Below, piece after piece: positions 60,990 through 64,000 of a stretch of DNA of 64,000 bases (position 1 is its first letter; every line of letters begins with the position of its first letter). A model generated the notes under the pieces. That model saw only the letters and a program-made list of their open reading frames with translations, was not told the origin of the DNA and ran no database searches. This stretch comes from Botryllus schlosseri (taxonomy: Eukaryota): NCBI GenBank assembly GCA_051294905.1, contig CM119384.1:24180001-24244000 (forward strand), written 5' to 3'. Both the position numbers and the translations under genes were made by a program.

Positions 60990-61408
60990 TTTTTTTTTTT
61001 TTTTTTTTTAGGGGTAACCTGGTGGAACCGCAGTAAACCACCACCCCGTTACGCTTGCGGCAGCCCATGTGGCACTACACCACCGGACTATTGCCACAAG
61101 CGCCTTTATAGGTCACTCTTGGGTAGAAGTACCCGAGAGCTCCCTTAAGGTTGCTTCTTCGTTTGTTTCCTTCAAAGTTTTCTCTGCTTTTTAGGTGCAA
61201 ACGGCTGTCACAAGCAGGCTTTGGCTGGGGGCGTCTGCGGAGGCTTGTCCCGCCGCCACCATACTTGTGACTGGGATACTGGCCAGTCAAGCTGACGAGA
61301 TCCCGGGTTGGAATATGAAGGCCAAGGGCCATACTCTTCCAAGGTGTACAAGTGATTGGAAGTATCGGTTGTACCACAAGGGTTTCGCATCAGCCAGGCC
61401 GATGCTTA
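60990..61408 (-). mobile_element. S3: second full copy of the structured non-autonomous S element (about 399 nt + tail)
   Basis: Colinear with S1 over its whole length; T-run 60990-61009. Confidence 0.75.
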
Positions 61409-64000
61409 TTTTTTTTTTCGGTCGCCGCAGCGATCCCAATTTTATTCCAGAAAGAATTTCAATACAAATAAAAGGAAATTAGCCTATATATATATATATC
61501 TATTTCAGACACACTTCACCATTCAGAAAATTCTCAGACACAGAATAATCATTCACGCACACATTCGTACCATACCATTCACACAATTGAAATTCTTCCG
61601 GTCCAGGATCTTCTTTTCATCTCGTCGGTCATCGTCAGTCCAGTGTTCATTGAATCGCCCATCCGTTCGTCCATCCGTCCGTCGTCCATCCGTCATCAGT
61701 CTTTCGTTTGTAGTGTTTCGATATTTTTGTTCAATTGGTTCCCGTTTCATCAGTCCGTATTCTATTCATGTCATTGTCATTGATTCTCTTCTGTATTATA
61801 TGTCGAATTTATAATTATAGCTCTGCTTCTCTTCTTTTTTTATATTTAATTCACATTTGCATCACTAACTTCCATGGTTATTCGGTCGTATTTAACGGTT
61901 GACTAGGCTGGAGGCATGATTTCGCTTATGATTGTTCTCTACACAATCGAGACAATCGGCGAAGTCGTATCGCATTATTTCGCGTGTCTGGGACAATGCA
62001 GATTTCCACTTTGCGACAATCGGCGTTATTGGTCTAATTTTACTCGTAATTTCTACAATTTTAATCCAAAATCTATTTTAAGGTTATTTTATTTTTGTTC
62101 TAATCGTGGTCTATCATTTGACCTAATTTTTATTGAAAAATTCCAAGATTAGATTTTTGAGTACCGGTACTGGCACTCTGTCTAATCCGTCTGTAGCCAT
62201 TGCTACCAAATCTGGCTGTTTCCCTAAAATCTATTCATCTTCTTCAATCAGGAACGCTAATTCGTTCCTGAATAGAGTTTCTTCATTCAAATTATCAAAT
62301 TTCTGTACTCTTTTAAGAATTTTCTTCAAAATTTTGTCGACTACTTCTCGAAAGGCCAAATTATAGTTTGTTATTTTCTGGTTGATTTTGTCAAGGCCAA
62401 ATTTTCTCTGCATTATTTCTGATTTGATTATAGTTATTACTGCCCAATCTGTTCTGTTTGTATTATTGTAGTTATAAAATATTGCATCTTTTGTTAATTT
62501 TCTATTCTTCATCAGTCCTTTGAGTTTGTCAAAGATGCTTTTTGCAAAGCGACATTTGAAGAATATATGCTCAAGATTATCCTCTCTATGGCCACAGAAT
62601 TTGCAATCTGTGATTGCCAATCTTTGTGACCCTATATTAAGTATATTCATTCGTCTGATTTCTTCTCCCAAGAAATATCCCTTGACTGCCACTCTTAGGT
62701 TCAGGATTCTTTCCTTATTTGTTAAAGGATTCTTCTTTCTGTTATCTATCGTTATTTTATCCCAGTCTACCTTTTCTCCTGTGTCCAGGGTTAATTCTGG
62801 GAGCACTGGAGTATTTTTGCATCTTATTCTATCACACATATCTTTGTGTTCTGCTTCTTGCCATTCCTGCTTGCTCCATTCAAGCCTTTCCGCTGTATTC
62901 AATATGTTTTTCCACCCCTTTGTAACTATGTCACTATGAGGCGATGAATTGTTGTACAACTTCTCGTTTATTTTCTTGAGCTTTGAGCCAAGGATATAAA
63001 TGGCCTCGTGATGCCAAAACTCCTTTGGCTCTGTCAAGTTCGTTATTATTTTGTATTCCTCTATTTTGCATGCCTCAATCTTGCTCTTGATGCATGTTAT
63101 TTTTAGTTTCCCCATTCGCTCTCTGGAGAGCAAATGCTTTCTCTTTATTGCCTCAATTTTCTCTGGGGCCCAGAGAAACTTGAATAGAAGTGATTCCATT
63201 TGTTTTTTGATCTTTTCAGGTACTTCAACTATCCTGGCGTTGTGGATAATCTTCGATGCTGCCAGGCTGTTTATAATGACCGCTTTGCCATACCAGGTGA
63301 GTTTTCTGTTTTGATAAGTATGTGTAATTTTTTTGATTTGTTCTAATCGCTTGTTCCATGTTAGCTTTATATAATTTTTCCCAAATTTTTGACCTAAAAT
63401 TTCTACAGTTGGCAAGACGTATTGTTTAAGTTCTTCTTTTTGAATTGGCTTGGTGGTTAGGATTTCCGTTTTCTTCTTATTAGTTATTTGTCCCGTCGCT
63501 TTCGCAAAGCAATCTAGGTCCTCGAAGACTGTATTTACAGATTTTTCATCTTTTACAATGGCCGTCAAATCATCAGCGTATTGCTGTAGGCGCAATTCTT
63601 CCTTGCCTATTTTTATTCCTCTTATGTTTTGATTCGCCATGATCTTCCTGGCTAGCGGATCCGCTGCCATGGCATACAAACACATACTGAGGGGGCATCC
63701 TTGTCGGAGCCCCCTAGTTATTGATATTTTATTTGTCAGGCTTCCGTTGACTTGTACTTTACTATACGACTGGTCATACAGTTTTTTTATAAGTCTTCGT
63801 ATTTCATACGGAATACCATAAGATTCCAATATCTTATGAAGGTATCCGTGATGGACCCTATCAAAGGCCTTTTCTTGGTCTATGGATAATACAATCAGTT
63901 CCGATTCCTTCCTGTAGGCTTGATCTAGAGCTGCTTTTATATTTCTTAGTGCATCGGATATCTGTCTGTTTTGGATTCCACATTTTTGCGTATTTAATAT
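61409..64000 (-). mobile_element. TX-7: group-B Tx1/L1 LINE, 3' part (continues beyond the window)
   Basis: T-run 61409-61418; 3' end GCCGCAGCGA shared with TX-2; open RT C-terminal ORF. Confidence 0.9.
62231..64000 (-). CDS. TX-7 ORF2 C-terminal half, open to the window edge
   Basis: DQEKAFD, GLRQGCPLS, QYADD, CKFC..HIFFKC, RNELAFLIEE. Confidence 0.9.
   Translation of the reverse strand: MLNTQKCGIQNRQISDALRNIKAALDQAYRKESELIVLSIDQEKAFDRVHHGYLHKILESYGIPYEIRRLIKKLYDQSYSKVQVNGSLTNKISITRGLRQGCPLSMCLYAMAADPLARKIMANQNIRGIKIGKEELRLQQYADDLTAIVKDEKSVNTVFEDLDCFAKATGQITNKKKTEILTTKPIQKEELKQYVLPTVEILGQKFGKNYIKLTWNKRLEQIKKITHTYQNRKLTWYGKAVIINSLAASKIIHNARIVEVPEKIKKQMESLLFKFLWAPEKIEAIKRKHLLSRERMGKLKITCIKSKIEACKIEEYKIITNLTEPKEFWHHEAIYILGSKLKKINEKLYNNSSPHSDIVTKGWKNILNTAERLEWSKQEWQEAEHKDMCDRIRCKNTPVLPELTLDTGEKVDWDKITIDNRKKNPLTNKERILNLRVAVKGYFLGEEIRRMNILNIGSQRLAITDCKFCGHREDNLEHIFFKCRFAKSIFDKLKGLMKNRKLTKDAIFYNYNNTNRTDWAVITIIKSEIMQRKFGLDKINQKITNYNLAFREVVDKILKKILKRVQKFDNLNEETLFRNELAFLIEEDE

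Noticed and set aside
11380-61000. Spliced-leader RNA or U1/U2/U5/U6/tRNA/5S genes as the Tx1 target
   Set aside because: No recognisable snRNA, tRNA or 5S sequence at any junction; ATACTTAC at 60974 is the reverse of a donor site, not U1; no Sm site follows the donors; the flanks are 5' UTRs of LINEs
11873-63821. Numerous Phe/Leu/Ser-rich + strand ORFs
   Set aside because: Antisense shadows of A-rich LINE coding strands; no independent motifs
1-64000. CRISPR array or prokaryotic defence system
   Set aside because: No regularly spaced repeats with unique spacers; content is eukaryotic mobile DNA

Overview
Eukaryotic, almost certainly animal (probably invertebrate) DNA made entirely of mobile elements; no host gene is supportable. 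Positions 1-10.6 kb hold a decayed Polinton/Maverick (adintovirus-like) on the + strand: pPolB, packaging ATPase, integrase with chromodomain, three tandem penton-like genes, major capsid protein and adenain protease. From about 11.2 kb to the end is a one-directional (all - strand) head-to-tail array of Tx1/L1-clade LINEs from at least three divergent lineages (my labels TX-0 to TX-7; groups A, B, C) plus three copies of a short poly(A)-tailed structured element (S1-S3). DNA transposons are nested inside (three Charlie/Buster hATs, a Harbinger, a Sola2-like element), as is a Penelope-type 703-bp palindrome carrying two hammerhead ribozymes. The best candidate for a new system is the array itself. 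Nine of ten poly(A) tails abut the 5' tip of the neighbouring element. Where target-site duplications survive (9, 10 and 5 bp), they duplicate exactly that tip, so new elements appear to insert at the poly(A)/5'-tip junction. Full-length 5' tips carry a conserved 23-28 nt micro-intron-like motif, and 3' ends of groups A and C carry a covarying stem-loop. All family assignments come from motif recognition by eye; no database searches were run.
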